Source: Eledone cirrhosa (Eukaryota). From it: DNA of 64,000 nucleotides. Location: positions 152,954,001 to 153,018,000 of the forward strand of contig OZ024743.1 in NCBI GenBank assembly GCA_964016885.1, read 5' to 3'. Below, one piece after another: positions 1-11,978 of the stretch (the stretch's first letter is position 1; every line of letters begins with the position of its first letter). The notes beneath the pieces were generated by a model, which saw only the letters and a program-made list of their open reading frames with translations, was not told the DNA's origin and ran no database searches. The position numbers and the translations under genes were made by a program.

Positions 1-408
1 ACAATCTCTCTAGTGTTAGTGATTTACATGATAAACACACCCACTGTACACTGTAAAGTGGTTGGTGATAGGAAAGGCCTCCAGCTGTAGAAATCTTGCC
101 AAAGAAAGGGTTGGGAGATACCTTCGGTTATGTTATGGACATGAAAACCTCCCTAGTGTTGGTCATCTTCATGATATATGCACACCATTCATATTGTAAA
201 ATGATTGATGATAGAAATGACATCCAAACTTGGAAAGTTTGCCAAACAAAGGATTGTAGGGACCCTTCAGTTGTGTCAAAACATATGACAGCCTCTCTAG
301 TGCAGGTACCACAACAAAATGCACTTGGTAAAATGTGGGACCATATGTAAGTGAGATGCTAACCTATGGCCATTTTTCACAAATTTCTATCCACTAATAA
401 AGATACTA

Positions 409-680
409 TGTGGAGGCATGTGGCCTAGTGGTAAGGGTTAGACTTACAATCATAATGTTGTGTGTTTGTTTCCTGGGTTGTGTGTTGCTTTCTTGAGCAA
501 AACACTTGATTTCACATTGTTCCATTATACTCAGCTGAAAATGAGTACCAGCAATAACTGGGGGTTTAATCCTGCAACGGACTGGCATCCTATCTAAGGG
601 GCAGTCTTGTAATCTTAGTCGCTTCACGCCATGAAACCGGGATAAGCAAATGAGCCTTCTCGCTTAAGACAGATTTTAAG
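409..680 (+). mobile_element. tRNA-derived SINE (head A, decayed)
   Basis: A-box-like TGGCCTAGTGGTAAGG, then CTTGAGCAAAACACTTGATTTCACATTGTTCC...CTCAGCTGAAAATGAGT, the same head/core as the copies at 10280-10631, 12374-12755 and 16720-17041. Confidence 0.7.
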
Positions 681-1034
681 CTTTTATAATAAAGATACTA
701 TAAACATTTGAATTAACTGATCAAATATATTTCAGAAAGTATGGAAGACAACTATAGACATGTTTCAGTCTTAGTATGACCTGATCTTCAAAGCAGATAG
801 ACTTCATTTTACATAGGGGTGAACATACCACCAAATAAATGATTTGACACATATAGGAAAATAGAATTGTTTAAGGAATAAATAACACAGGGATGGCATT
901 ATATATGTTAGTATAAACTTCACTATTGATTTTCATGCAGATGGTATCTCTGATGGTATCTCTGTCTAATATAAACATGGTGGACCATAACGCACCAGAG
1001 TACTCAATATTTAGGGTAGTAGAGTGGATAATAG

Positions 1035-1151
1035 GAAAAGAGTCAGGACACCGATGGCTGAGCTCCAGCTGTTTCGACAGCTAGATCTCAACATTCAGAT
1101 CTAGCTATTGAAACAGCTGGAGCTCAGCCATTGGGGTCCTGACTCCTTTCC
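1035..1151. repeat. Fold-back hairpin, ~55-bp arms, next to (TA)n
   Basis: GAGTCAGGACACCGATGGCTGAGCTCCAGCTGTTTCGACAGCTAGATCT ... AGATCTAGCTATTGAAACAGCTGGAGCTCAGCCATTGGGGTCCTGACTC; related copy at 4430-4581. Confidence 0.85.
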
Positions 1152-1169
1152 TATATATATATATATATA

Positions 1170-2785
1170 TCATCATCATCATCATCATCATTTTACGTCT
1201 GCTCTTCCCTGCTTGCAAGGGTGGGACGGGTCTTATTCAGCACAACATCTCTCCACTTGTCACAGTCCTTCGTCATCTCCACCGTGAGCTTCAGCGATCT
1301 GAGGTCTGTTCTCACCACCTTCGCCCATGTTTTTCGTGGTCTTCCTTCAACTGGCATTTCCTGGCACTTCTTCACCCATCAGTCATCCTCCATGCGCATC
1401 ACATATCCATACCACCTCAGTCTCCTCTCTCGCACACTACATTCTGTTCCTCTCAGACATAGTTTCTCTCTCAACACATTCATGCTGGGTTATTCACGCA
1501 CATTGACACCGCACATCCAATGGAGCATGCTTGCCTCATTTCTCTCCAGCCATCGCATATCCTCTGCAGTTGCTGCCCATGTCTCACTACCATGCAGCAT
1601 CGTGCTCGTCACACAGGCATCATATAACCGGCCTTTCGTACGCAGGGAGAAACCCTTCTACATCAGCAGAAGAAGCAGCTCCCTAAACTTCTTCCTACCT
1701 GTCCTTATTCTACATACTATGGACTCGGACCCCCCCCCCCCCTCCCCTCCCATGCTAATCTGATCTCCTAGGTACCGGAAGCTATCCAGCACTTATATAG
1801 CACCCACCTGCTTTTGAAAAATATGTCTATCAATGCGACTTCTGTCTAATTTCCCTGTACATCTACTGCATACGTATTTCTCCCTACCTATTAGTTTGCC
1901 TGCTATCCCGCTACATCTCTAGTGTACCCAGGATCTGTATTGTGTACATTTTATAGAATTTATGCCAGTGCTTTTTCTGCATATCGAACATGGCAATTTC
2001 CCTGATGGAATCAGAGTTTTGTCCTCTTTTCTACTCATCAACACTTTTGTCTTAGCTATGTTCACTCTCAGTCCTCTTGCTTCCGACTGCTGTTTCCATA
2101 GCCAGAATTTATTCTCTAGCTCCTCTACTGATTCTGCTATAAGAACAAGATCGTTAGCATAGAGAAGTTCCCATGGACAGCCAGTCTTAAACTCCTCTAT
2201 TATGGCTTGGAGAACTATAATGAACAAGAGCAGGCTGAGGACCGAACCTTGATGTACTCCTACTTGTCTCTGGAATTCCTCACTAAACTCCATTCCTACC
2301 CTGACAGTACCTCTGTACAAAGTTTGCACTATCCTCACAAGCCATTCCTCAACACCTAGTTTCCTTAGGGCCCACCAGATGACAGATTGGAGTACCCTAT
2401 CAAAGGCCTTCTCTAGGTCAACAAAGGCTAAGTATAGTGGCTTATTCTTCTCTAAGAACCTCTCTTGTAATTGTCTCACCAAGAAGAGGGCATGTGTTGT
2501 ACTCTTTCCAGGCACAAAACCAAACTGCATCTCATCTAGTTTGACCCTTTCTCTAATTAGTTGTACTAATATCTTCTCTGCCACTTTCATAACCTGATCC
2601 ATCAGTTTTATACCCCTATAATTGCTCCTCTCCAGAGCATCCCCTTTACCTTTGTAGCAATTTATGAGAATACTGCTGCACCAGTCTTTGGGTATGACAC
2701 CACCATATATAGCCTGATTGATGATGCATTGAACTAGTTTAGTGCCTACGTCCTCTGATACTTTCAGCATCTCAGCAACTTTCCC
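1170..2785 (-). mobile_element. 5'-truncated RTE-clade LINE (RT, PHD-like finger, C-terminus, (TGA)n tail)
   Basis: ORF 1919-2770 has RT motifs (KGKGDALERSNYRGIKL, QFGFVPGKST, FVDLEKAFDRV, GVHQGSVLS, LLYANDL). ORF 1193-1375 has the RTE C-terminal GRPRKTW. The (CAT)n tail is at 1170-1191 on +. Confidence 0.93.
1919..2770 (-). pseudogene. Reverse transcriptase fragment of the RTE LINE (catalytic YADD mutated to YAND, ends at a premature stop)
   Basis: 283-aa ORF from the track with non-LTR RT motifs. Confidence 0.9.
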
Positions 2786-2789
2786 GATA

Positions 2790-3230
2790 ATATATATTTA
2801 TTTACGTGCGTATAGCATGGAGTTCATGTGTATAAACACACATGCACCGTGTTATATTTTGACGGTATTGAATTAGCTCAATGTACGAGAACAGAGCCGT
2901 TATAGGTAAAAGAAACCAAAGAACGCTTACATACTCAAACAGTTTTTGTGTGCCATCAATTGGATCTGCATCTTGTGAGATCTGCTTGTGCCCTAGCATT
3001 TAGCTGTGGTGCTTAACAACCCCAGCATGTACTCTCTCCTTATTCGCCATCTCCGATCTCCCTATCTTTACCCTGTGTTGTATTCCGATTGTTCGTGTGA
3101 CTAAGCTTGGTAGAGCTTATACTCAGCACTGTGTTTATTAAGCTCTGATGATTACTACCCAACGGTATGGATGGAACATTGTAAGCAAATAATAACTGTT
3201 TGAGTATGTAAGCGCTCTTTGCTTTCTTTT
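2790..3230 (+). mobile_element. Probable Penelope-like pseudo-LTR fragment with a degenerate hammerhead (3142-3186)
   Basis: gct-CTGATGA-[tacc caac ggta]-GGAAC-att-GTA-agc, with a core A13>G change; runs into (TA)n. Confidence 0.45.
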
Positions 3231-3234
3231 ATAT

Positions 3235-3267
<33 letters not shown>

Positions 3268-3454
3268 CATACACATATATATATATATACCTATTTATAT
3301 ATACATATATCTATATATATATATATATGTAGGAGGTGAGTTTTATTGTAGTACAATAAAGCAATGCAGATATCGGATAAGAAGCACTCTACAGTTTGTA
3401 GGACTGGAGTATACATAATATATAAGATCAAAAGATGGTTAAAGGAGTTCCATG

Positions 3455-3525
3455 TATTTTATTATGCGCATTTCAAAAACAAACATCATCATGCAATAAT
3501 ATTTGTGTTTTCATCAGATAAAACA
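3455..3525 (-). ncRNA. Minimal type I hammerhead ribozyme (left arm of palindrome)
   Basis: Mirror copy of 3644-3714. Confidence 0.72.
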
Positions 3526-3643
3526 GGAGGACATGATATGAAGGCTAAAAAACACTTGTGGATAGTGCAGTTTTAAATCAACATATGTTGATTTAAAACT
3601 GCACTATCCACAAGTGTTGTTTAGCCTTCATATCATGTCCTCC

Positions 3644-3714
3644 TGTTTTATCTGATGAAAACACAAATATTATTGCATGATGATGTTTGTTTTTGAAATG
3701 CGCATAATAAAATA
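3644..3714 (+). ncRNA. Minimal type I hammerhead ribozyme
   Basis: Stem I tgttttat/ataaaata; CTGATGA at 3652-3658; ~15-bp stem II; GAAA at 3695-3698; stem III T-[GCGC]-A; predicted cleavage after ATA at 3706. Confidence 0.72.
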
Positions 3715-3769
3715 CATGGAACTCCTTTAACCATCTTTTGATCTTATATATTATATATATATATATATG

Positions 3770-4231
3770 TGGTGGCTGCCAACTCGTTTTCGAGTATGGC
3801 CACTACTTTATATCCATGTAGGAGAACCCCTACCGATGTGCTGAACAAGTGTGACTTTTTAGTCCAGCCAGCGACTTGAAGACTCTGGTACAAACACTAC
3901 ACTTGTGACAATTGTTGACACATAGTGCTGGGCCCATGGTACCATGTGAGGACAAGTGCAGAGAGATCTCCAGATATAAAGCAATGCCTGTGCCGTGAAG
4001 CTTTTATAGTGAGCAAAGGCACTGCACAAAGCCAGTCCCACTCTCTTAACCAAGATGATATTTACCAAAAAGAAGAACAAGTCAACATCATTGGATACCA
4101 TCAGGGTTGCAGGTGTTATATCAGAGTTTTCCTTCTCCTAGAATTCTGCCTTGACAAAGGCTAAGGGGTCATCTCTCCCGGTGATTTTGGATGGCCATTG
4201 ACTCTTAAGAGCTCCTTTGCCCTTTGACAGG
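3770..4231 (-). mobile_element. Non-coding RTE-5'UTR-like repeat between TA tracts
   Basis: Minus strand has TTAGCCTTTGTCAAGGCAGAATTCTAGGAGAAGGAAAACTCTGA, resembling the 5' UTR motif of BovB/RTE-type elements (recognised from memory). Confidence 0.4.
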
Positions 4232-4429
4232 TATATATATGTATATACATATGTACGTCAATACTCATCTTTTTCCATTTATCTGAGGGTTCTAAACCCC
4301 ATTATCAGGCTAAAATTCCTTTAGTCAAAAATAAGGTGAAAGCTGCTCACTGTTTCAAAACATACTTACTTGATATACATATATATATCAGAATTAAACA
4401 AGTGTTAAACTAGTTTGACTATTATTCAA

Positions 4430-4581
4430 CAGAGTACTCGTTAATTAGGATAGTAGAGTGTGACTATATTAGAGAGAGAGTTGGGGCCCAATGGCTGAGC
4501 TCTTGTCATTTTGATAGCCATTTCCAGTCTGGTAATAGCTGTCAAAGTGGCAAGAGCTCAGCTATTGGGCCTTGACTCCTT
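4430..4581. repeat. Diverged relative of the 1035-1151 fold-back
   Basis: Same upstream AGAGTACTC...AGTAGAGTG; arms CCCAATGGCTGAGCTCTTG / CAAGAGCTCAGCTATTGGG. Confidence 0.75.
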
Positions 4582-5569
4582 TTAAGATATATATATTTTT
4601 TTCCTCACTTCTTTAGTTGATTTCAGTTACTAGACGACAACCATGTTGGAGCATCATATGGTGGTTGAAAAAAATAATTTCATAGGAAGTCAACTTTACA
4701 AACGATGAATATTTAACATTTCGTGTATATTAAAAAAACCCATACATATATCAGTACTAATTAACACCCGTTTTCCCTACTAGCAAGGGTTGGACAGGTT
4801 ACCACAGACCAAATCAGTATTTAATTTGAGTTACTGACTTCTTAGATGAGCTGGAGGATGTATCTCTCTTATGTATGTTCCCACATGTACTCCTCTCTAC
4901 AGATTCTTCGATGTGAATTGTCTTGGTGCCAGCACTGAGGAGGCTATCATATCTCTGACACAACATATCTTGACCTTTTCTTTGGCATTGTTTTTATGGC
5001 TGGATAACCTTCCTATCACCCAACAACCATCTTTTAAGGAGTACTGGGTGCATTTTTTCATGACATTAACACTAGAGAGGTTGTTTTGTCATGAGTGAAG
5101 TTTCCTCTCAATCTTTTGACTTGGTTTCTTCTAGTGGAAGCAGTTCCTAAAACCAACCATATTAAAGTATGCCAGGTAAAGCACTAGGGTGGTTGTCAGT
5201 CACTGAGCCCTCTCTATCTTAATTGGAAGTATGCCATTGGTAAAGACAATGTGCTGGGGGATGACAGGTATAATTTCATGGGTGTGGGATTTGGCAAGGT
5301 AATGAAGATGAGATAGAATCTTGTATAGAAGAGGGTGTGTGATCTCAAAATAAGGGAAGTATAGTGATGATCGGGAACAACTACTAAGGAGTTATGGCAG
5401 CTGATTTGGATTCAAACAGGATGGAGGTAGTCTTGGGTAGAGAAGTGATGAGGTCAGCATGTACAATGGTATTGTGGATAGTTAATGTGGTTCAGATGTT
5501 GGAGGAGTAATGGGGACATGTTGATGGATCCGGTGATATTTTTATGCTGGTCAGCGGATCTTCTCCATT

Positions 5570-6030
5570 GGCATATTACAAAGCTTTATTATCCATTGTC
5601 ATCTATATCTTGAGGTCCAGCTTCTTAAAGTCAGTTTTCACTACTCCATAACATGTCTTCATAGGTCTACCCACGAGTCTCACCCACTTAGATTTCCCTG
5701 CATTTCTTTATACAGCTGTCATTTTCTCTTATGCACTAGTTTTTCTATTAGTTCAACTATGCCTTAATGTTCATGCACACTAACATTACAGATCCACCAG
5801 AACATGTTAACCTCATTTTGTTCCATGTTTCACAGATCTTCTGGAGCCAAGGCTCTTGTCTCACTGCCATGAGCATTGTAGTCTGCTGGCCATTATTGTC
5901 AGCGGAAGTTTTAGCTCTCTGAATTTCTTCCATCCCTTTCTTACTCTAGCTACTACACTTTCCAAGCAACCACACCCACTACTTATAAGATCTCTTAGGT
6001 AACAAGGAATCGCCCAAGCAGTTAATGGAA
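5570..6030 (-). mobile_element. Old RTE LINE 3' fragment
   Basis: Minus strand has degenerate YLRDLISSGCGCLESVVARV and GRPMKTCYGVVKTDFK segments homologous to the other RTE copies. Confidence 0.65.
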
Positions 6031-7379
6031 TCTATTTGCTTGTGTCCTTAGTACTTATTTCTACTTTACATTTGCCACATGCAAAGTATTATTATAACTC
6101 TTCGGCCGATCCCTCAATAACTTTTTCCATTTGGAAAGGAAAATGAGAGGGGAGAGAAAACGTCCCCCCCCCCCACAGTAGTACATTTGCTGAAAGGTGG
6201 GTGAAGGTGGTGAGAGTGGCGTGTATATTCTATATACAGCTTGTATTTCCTTCAACAGGTGCAGACTGGAGATCTCAATGATTTAAGCAGTATTTAGTAT
6301 CACTCCCTATACCAGTGCCAACCAGCTGCTATGGAATGTCCTGGTTCTTTTGGCTTACTCTGTAGCTCAGTTTTCCTTTCATTACCCATGCATTAACCAC
6401 AACAATCTAGGTACAGCTATAACCACTCTAACTCTTTAGGAATTATGTATACTCCTTGCTTATTATTTACACTTTGGTCTGTAAGTCTAATACAAGCCAA
6501 TTCAGACATGGTGGATGTAGTTACAAATCTACATCTACTGTAATCAATGTACATTGCTATTCTTGTCCCTCAATCAATTCCTTATCTCCTTTATATTTAA
6601 ATCTCTTTTTTATGCACCGATTCTATCCTATAATCCGAAACAATTAGGACATTTTTGTTTAGACAGGCCATGTCATAATGCCAGGGTCTTGCATTGTTAT
6701 AACAATATGTCCCAGGAATGTTTGCACTTTCTTCAAACCCACATGTACTTTTCAGTTATTAGAACCATCATTCTTTTGTTTAAAATTATACGTTTTCCTT
6801 TCTCACACTCTCCTTGTGGAAACCAATAGTGTGCAGATTTGTGTTGATTCTTCTTGCATTAACTTCTCTGCATCGTTGTAATGCATTATTGAAGACACTC
6901 AGGACTTAATTATACCATCAAGCATTCTTTGCAAAGGATGCTATCCAAACATGTTCCAATGATGCATTATCTATCATTGGTGATATTCCACAGTTTTACT
7001 CCTGTTCCACAATCTAATATTGGCTGGAAATTGGAGAACATCAGAAACTTGCCTCAGACGAAATTGCAGTTGGGTTAGTTCCATTTTCCATAACCTGTTC
7101 TATGATATTTCCTTTATTCCATTGTCTATGTACATTGGCTTCCTAAACTTTAGTAGTACATCATTTCCCTTATATTGAATTTGTTATTCTATTTGAATAT
7201 CTATTTGTTTTGTATTCATGCCAGCATTTCACATAGGTTTTAGACTGCATCTATCACATTTTTCATCTCTGGCACCTCCATAGGTTTTTTCGTGCTTCAT
7301 GTTTTTCCTGTCAATATTCTTAGATAGATTGCATAAAAAATGCACCCTCTAAATCGCATTGTTTCACATGGCAGCAGAC

Positions 7380-7488
7380 CTTTGTTATTTTAAATTCCAC
7401 CAGTGATATTAAAGGTAACATTTTGCAGTAGTAATAAACAGCAACTTGTGTAAAGCCTGGTGGAAGACCAAGCCATTCTCTTAGGATA
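7380..7488 (-). CDS. Candidate exon E (109 nt, phase 2 to 0) of an unnamed gene with a ubiquitin-like domain
   Basis: Acceptor gtgtatttcag|T; encodes ILREWLGLPPGFTQVAVYYYCKMLPLISLVEFKITK; donor AAG|gtctgc, or read-through to the stop at 7320-7322. Confidence 0.65.
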
Positions 7489-7624
7489 CTGAAATACACA
7501 TGTTTTAAGCACATGTACTTTTTGCTTATGGCTAATCCAGGGCTCCTGATCATATGCCTTTCTATTCTCTCTACCCTTGTTAAAGGTAATCTTGACACTT
7601 GGAAGAGAAGAAGGCAGGTGGGTG

Positions 7625-7830
7625 TAAAAGCCACACTTGCTAACATCAGTCCAGTGTTTATCCCTACCCTTAAATATGGTCATGAATTTGGGGTAATGAC
7701 TGAAAGTTTCTGGCCAAAATGGGGTTCCTCCAAAGGGGTTTTGGAGTAATCTTACTTGATAGGATGTGTAGTTTGGAGATCAGGGTCTCACTCCAGATAA
7801 AACATCTACTTCTCCACATCGAGACATCAC
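7625..7830 (+). mobile_element. Rex3/Expander-like RTE fragment
   Basis: VFIPTLKYGHEFGVMTE...MGFLQR...LLDR...LLLHIE, typical of the RTE C-terminal region. Confidence 0.6.
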
Positions 7831-8147
7831 ATAAGTTAATTGGATAACATCCACATAAACTTGTTTACTTTTGCTTAGCTCATTTAGAAACAGTTGCTTC
7901 TGAAAGGACCCTTTAGAAGATATATCCGGGGACACATTAACACTCTCTTAAGAGTAAGTGGATGAAGAAGAAGAATTATATATTCATATTATTATTATTA
8001 TAATGTCTGTGCTTGCTACCAACATATTTGATCTTGATTTTGAAAGATAATTAGACTTGCTATTCTCGTTTCATGATTAGTTACTTTCTGAAAGGCTCAC
8101 TGGAATAGGTAACCACTAATTCTAACATATTAGCGACCACTAATACC

Positions 8148-8700
8148 TTTAACAGAAAGATTGATTGATGTATATGTATATATTTAAGAGGAGAATTTCA
8201 TACTTAAATACTGCTGCGCCGAAGGTCAACATTTTAGCAGTATTATATAGATGTAGTAGTCTTATTATAATCAGCAGAGTTATAGAAGTAGTAATGTAAT
8301 AGTTATAAGGCCATGAGTAACCAGTTTGGTAGAAAGATAGGATAGGAATATCGACAAGGATTTTGGCTTGTTTTACATTATTTATTAACAAAGGTTGAGC
8401 TGGCATGTCAAGACAAATGAAACAAGAGAATTAAGATTTCAGAAGGTACGGTCTACTGGCTGAAGTATGTCAGGCCGTGGTTAAATTGTTGTTACATATT
8501 GGCTAGTGATTTCACGGCAAAATAAAAATAGTTGTTTACCTTTCCACGGTCAGGCTGCAAGAGACAGATTTCTCGAATCGACGCGGGAATTTTTCCCTCA
8601 GGACGCGTAGAGATACATTCTCCTCCGCTGGTTATTGGCTGGGCTGAGTCAAATAACGCATGGAGAATGTATATGAGCCTGCGGAATGTAGGTCACTACA
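8148..8700 (-). repeat. 3' LTR
   Basis: Minus strand starts TGTAGTGAC and ends CTGTTAAA; aligns along its length with 10169-11091. Confidence 0.88.
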
Positions 8701-8713
8701 ATATCCCCTTCCT
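8701..8713 (-). promoter_or_regulatory. Polypurine tract
   Basis: AGGAAGGGGATAT immediately before the TG of the 3' LTR. Confidence 0.8.
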
Positions 8714-10154
8714 AGTCGTCAGATGATAAATATTATTGAATCAGCAGGAAAAATGCTGAAAGAGCACATCAATGAAAAAAATTGAACAAAAGAATGCATG
8801 CAAGACGAAAAATGATGCGCTAAGGGCCGCTGTGTCAAATGACTAGCTGTTTTGCTATTTATACGTGACCACCAGGGGTCTAACAGAAAACGGATAAAGT
8901 CTGACATGGGCTAAGTTGCTGTTCTTACATTAAATGTTAATGGTAAGTGTTGTATCAGTAGCTGTGGATGAAGCTGTTATGGTAGTTTACCAGTAGCTGT
9001 TGTCAATGATGGTGCTGTTCATGTTTTACCAGAGCTGTATAGCTGTTATGGTAAGTGTAGTAAAGCTGGCAAGAAGATGATGGGTAGACGAGAAATTGTC
9101 GGCCTCCCAGATGAATTGCTGGAAACGCTAGGCAGCCAGGAAACAATGGCTGGCTGCTTTGAAAAGAAAAAAGCAAGTTGAATCTGTAGGTGGGTAGTAG
9201 TTGAAGTGGTAATTCCATAATTCTGGCGAATCCATAGGAGAAATGGTGGAAATGCTGACAGGTCCGGTTCCATTTGTTGTTTTCCCAGTGAGTCGAGTAA
9301 GGTAACAAGACGGAGGTTGTTATGCTATTGGACGATGAGTGTGCAACGAGATGCGAACTGTTTGAATCCAGCTCCAATTAGCATTCTCGTGTTGCGGTGC
9401 CTGTTTGAGTCCAGGTGAATTAAGCTGCATGTGTCAATAGGATGTTTTGGCACCTCCACCGGGTGAAAAGGGAGTCCGCAGAATATTACAACGCTTGAAG
9501 ATCATATACAATAGACAACATGTTGGTGTGTGACAAAGAAATGTGTGTGCATATGCAGGCATGTAATACAGCAAAGAAAATGTTTGCGTGCACTCATATA
9601 TACAATGATAGGAAAAAAATGAATTTTCATATAATAGAGTTTAAATAAATGCCCAAACATTGCCTGTAAAAAGAGAAAGAAAGAAAGAATTGTTTTTTAA
9701 CAAAAAGTTCGCCTTTTCTTTTCTTTGAAATTTCTTTGGGAAGCTAGTAGAATTGTTGTTGTTATCGAAGCGAAGTCACAGTAAATCTTCTGTAGAATCG
9801 AAGTCGAACGTCTGAAGACAACTTTATAGTCACCAATATTATGAACGCCATACTGACGCCATACTGATGAAAAGACTGTTGTTGTTTTAATTCTCCAGTC
9901 ACCGTTGTAGCGAGACAGAGGGTGTGGTGGTTGCGTCGGTAAGGCTATGAAACTGCCACATCGCTATTCCCTGTTGTTGGTTAGTGGTTAACCATGTGTC
10001 GCTGCTGCTGCTGTTGTTGGTAGAGGAGGACTTGTCGGTAGCCATTTTGAAATTTCCTCGTGTTCGTGTTTAAAAAATGTTTGTGAAATACTGCTAATTA
10101 ATTTTTTTTTATATTTTATAACATACAACACCAGTTCCTATTATTATGTTTTTT

Positions 10155-10166
10155 TCGGGGTCACCA
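10155..10166 (-). promoter_or_regulatory. Primer binding site, tRNA-Trp type
   Basis: TGGTGACCCCGA 2 nt after the 5' LTR, complementary to the tRNA-Trp 3' end (...UCGGGGUCACCA). Confidence 0.8.
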
Positions 10167-10168
10167 TT

Positions 10169-11091
10169 TTTAACAGGAAGAATGGTTGATGTATATGTAT
10201 ATATTTAAGAGGAGCATTTCATACTGAAATACTCCTGCGTCGAAGGTCAACATTTTAGCAATATTATATAGATGTAGTAATAAAAAGGGTAAAGACCCCA
10301 TTAGGTCACGAATGACCATGGGATTTTGCACCTAAAAGGTTTTCCTCCGAGGCACAAGTCCAGGCAAGGTTGTTTGTGGAAGACCAATAGTCGCCCATGC
10401 ATACCAGTCTCCTCTCTCCACACCATCGATGAGGTCCAAGGGAAAGGCAATGGCCGATACAGCTTGGCACCAGTGACGTCGCAACTCATTTCTACAGCTG
10501 AGTAAACTAGAGCAACGTGATATAAAGTGTCTTACTCAAGGAAACAACACATCACCCGGTCCGAGAATTGAACTCACAACCTTTCTATTGCAAGCCCAAT
10601 GCTGTAATAACTAAGCCATGCGCCTTCACGAATGTAGTAGACTTATTATAATCTCCAGAGTTATAGAAGTAGTAATGTAATAGTTATAACGCATGAGTAA
10701 CCAGTTTGGTAGAAAGATAGGATAGGAATATCGACAACAACTTTGGCTTGTTTTACACTATTTATTAACAAAGGTTGAGCTGTGTAGAGCTGGCATGCCA
10801 AGACAAATGAAACAAGAGAATTAAGATTTTAGAAGGCACGGTCTACTAGCTGAAGTATTGCCAGGCCGTGGTTAAATTGTGTTACATATTGGCTGGTGAT
10901 TTCACGGCGAAAGAAAAATAGTTGTTTACCTTTCCACGGCCAGCCTGCAAGAGACAGATTTCTCGAATCGACGCGGGAATTTTTCCCTCAGGGCGTAGAG
11001 ATACATTCTCCTGCGCTGGTGGTCATTGGCTGGGCTGAGCCAAATAAAGCACGGAGAATGTATATGAGCCCACAGAATGTATGTCACTACA
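10169..11091 (-). repeat. 5' LTR, interrupted by a SINE
   Basis: Matches 8148-8700 once 10280-10639 is removed. Confidence 0.88.
10280..10631 (-). mobile_element. Full-length tRNA-derived SINE (head A, tail type 2) with an 8-bp TSD
   Basis: TSD ATGTAGTA at 10272-10279 and 10632-10639; head TGGCTTAGTT...GAGTTCAATTC (A/B boxes). Confidence 0.88.
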
Positions 11092-11334
11092 TACCCTATA
11101 TTTTGTTTTTGTTGTTCTTAGTATTGTGGTAGTGGTGGCATTTCTAGTATACCACTCTCACCATCATCATTTGTGCCCTGATAATTTTTCTTGAAATATA
11201 TACATCGTGTTCTGCATCATAGTAAATATAATTTTCTGCTTTTGCAAGTGGATTTATTTTCTAAGGTTTTTATAGATATAACTATGTCTAGATCTATGTC
11301 TAGAGATAAAGCAATCAAATTTGCTATAACTAAT

Positions 11335-11516
11335 AATTGTTTCTACTTTAGGCACAAGGCCACCAAATACCTAGTGCATTACTGGTACTTAATTTTATCG
11401 ACCCCGTAAGGATGAAAGGCAAAGTTAACCTCGGCGGGATTTGAACTCAGAATAGCAAGGGCCGTAACTCTATGCGTCAAAGCATGGCGTCCGACCCTCT
11501 ACCGATACTGCCAATC
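11335..11516 (-). mobile_element. tRNA-derived SINE family B
   Basis: Minus strand: GAGTTCAAATCCCGCCGAGGTTAACTTTGCCTTTCATCCTTACGGGGTCGATAAAATTAAGTACCAG...GGCCTTGTGCCTAAAGTAGAAACAATTATT; many copies in the window. Confidence 0.8.
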
Positions 11517-11978
11517 TTCTTTTAACTGCTATAATTAACTATTATTATAATAAATATATATACACAACATATTGTATATTAGAAACTTTAAGATACATTT
11601 AATAAAGATAAACTGCTGGAAAAGTTTAAACGATTCTTTAATTTTCACTGGAAGACTTATAAACTGTAGTTATATCTACACTAACTTTATCTTACGATTT
11701 CTTTTATTATAGTATTACACTGCATTTTGTTTTACTATACTATTCATTATATTGAGAAAATGCACTGTAAAGAAAATGATTCTGAAATGAACTTAATATA
11801 TGTATTGTTGTTGTACATAAAATTAATCTATAATTGTTTCTACTTTAGGCACAAGGCCAGCAATTACCCAGTACATTACTATAATACTTCTGAGTGTGAG
11901 TTTATGTGATATGTACGTTAGTATGTTTACACATACACACAGACACACACACATATATATATTTTAAATATTTTAAAT

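Larger units (their letters stand above)
3415..3754. repeat. 340-bp near-perfect palindrome with no spacer
   Basis: Centre between 3584 and 3585 (CAACAT|ATGTTG); only one mismatch seen (3550 vs 3619); flanked by TA-rich tracts. Confidence 0.95.
8148..11091 (-). mobile_element. Non-autonomous Ty3/gypsy-like LTR retroelement
   Basis: Two ~555-bp direct repeats (8148-8700 and 10169-11091, the latter interrupted by a SINE); PBS, PPT, 4-bp TSD TACC (8144-8147 and 11092-11095); ~1.45-kb interior without pol. Confidence 0.88.

Noticed and set aside
752-795. Hammerhead-like TTGAAGA...GAAAC-AT-GTC on the minus strand
   Set aside because: Stem I pairs poorly; at best a decayed relic
1221-1763. 180-aa plus-strand ORF (likewise 45677-46390, 55594-56055 and 56936-57412)
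   Set aside because: Antisense shadows of RTE LINE coding sequence
6230-7300. Possible ancient LINE remnant
   Set aside because: No motif could be recognised with confidence
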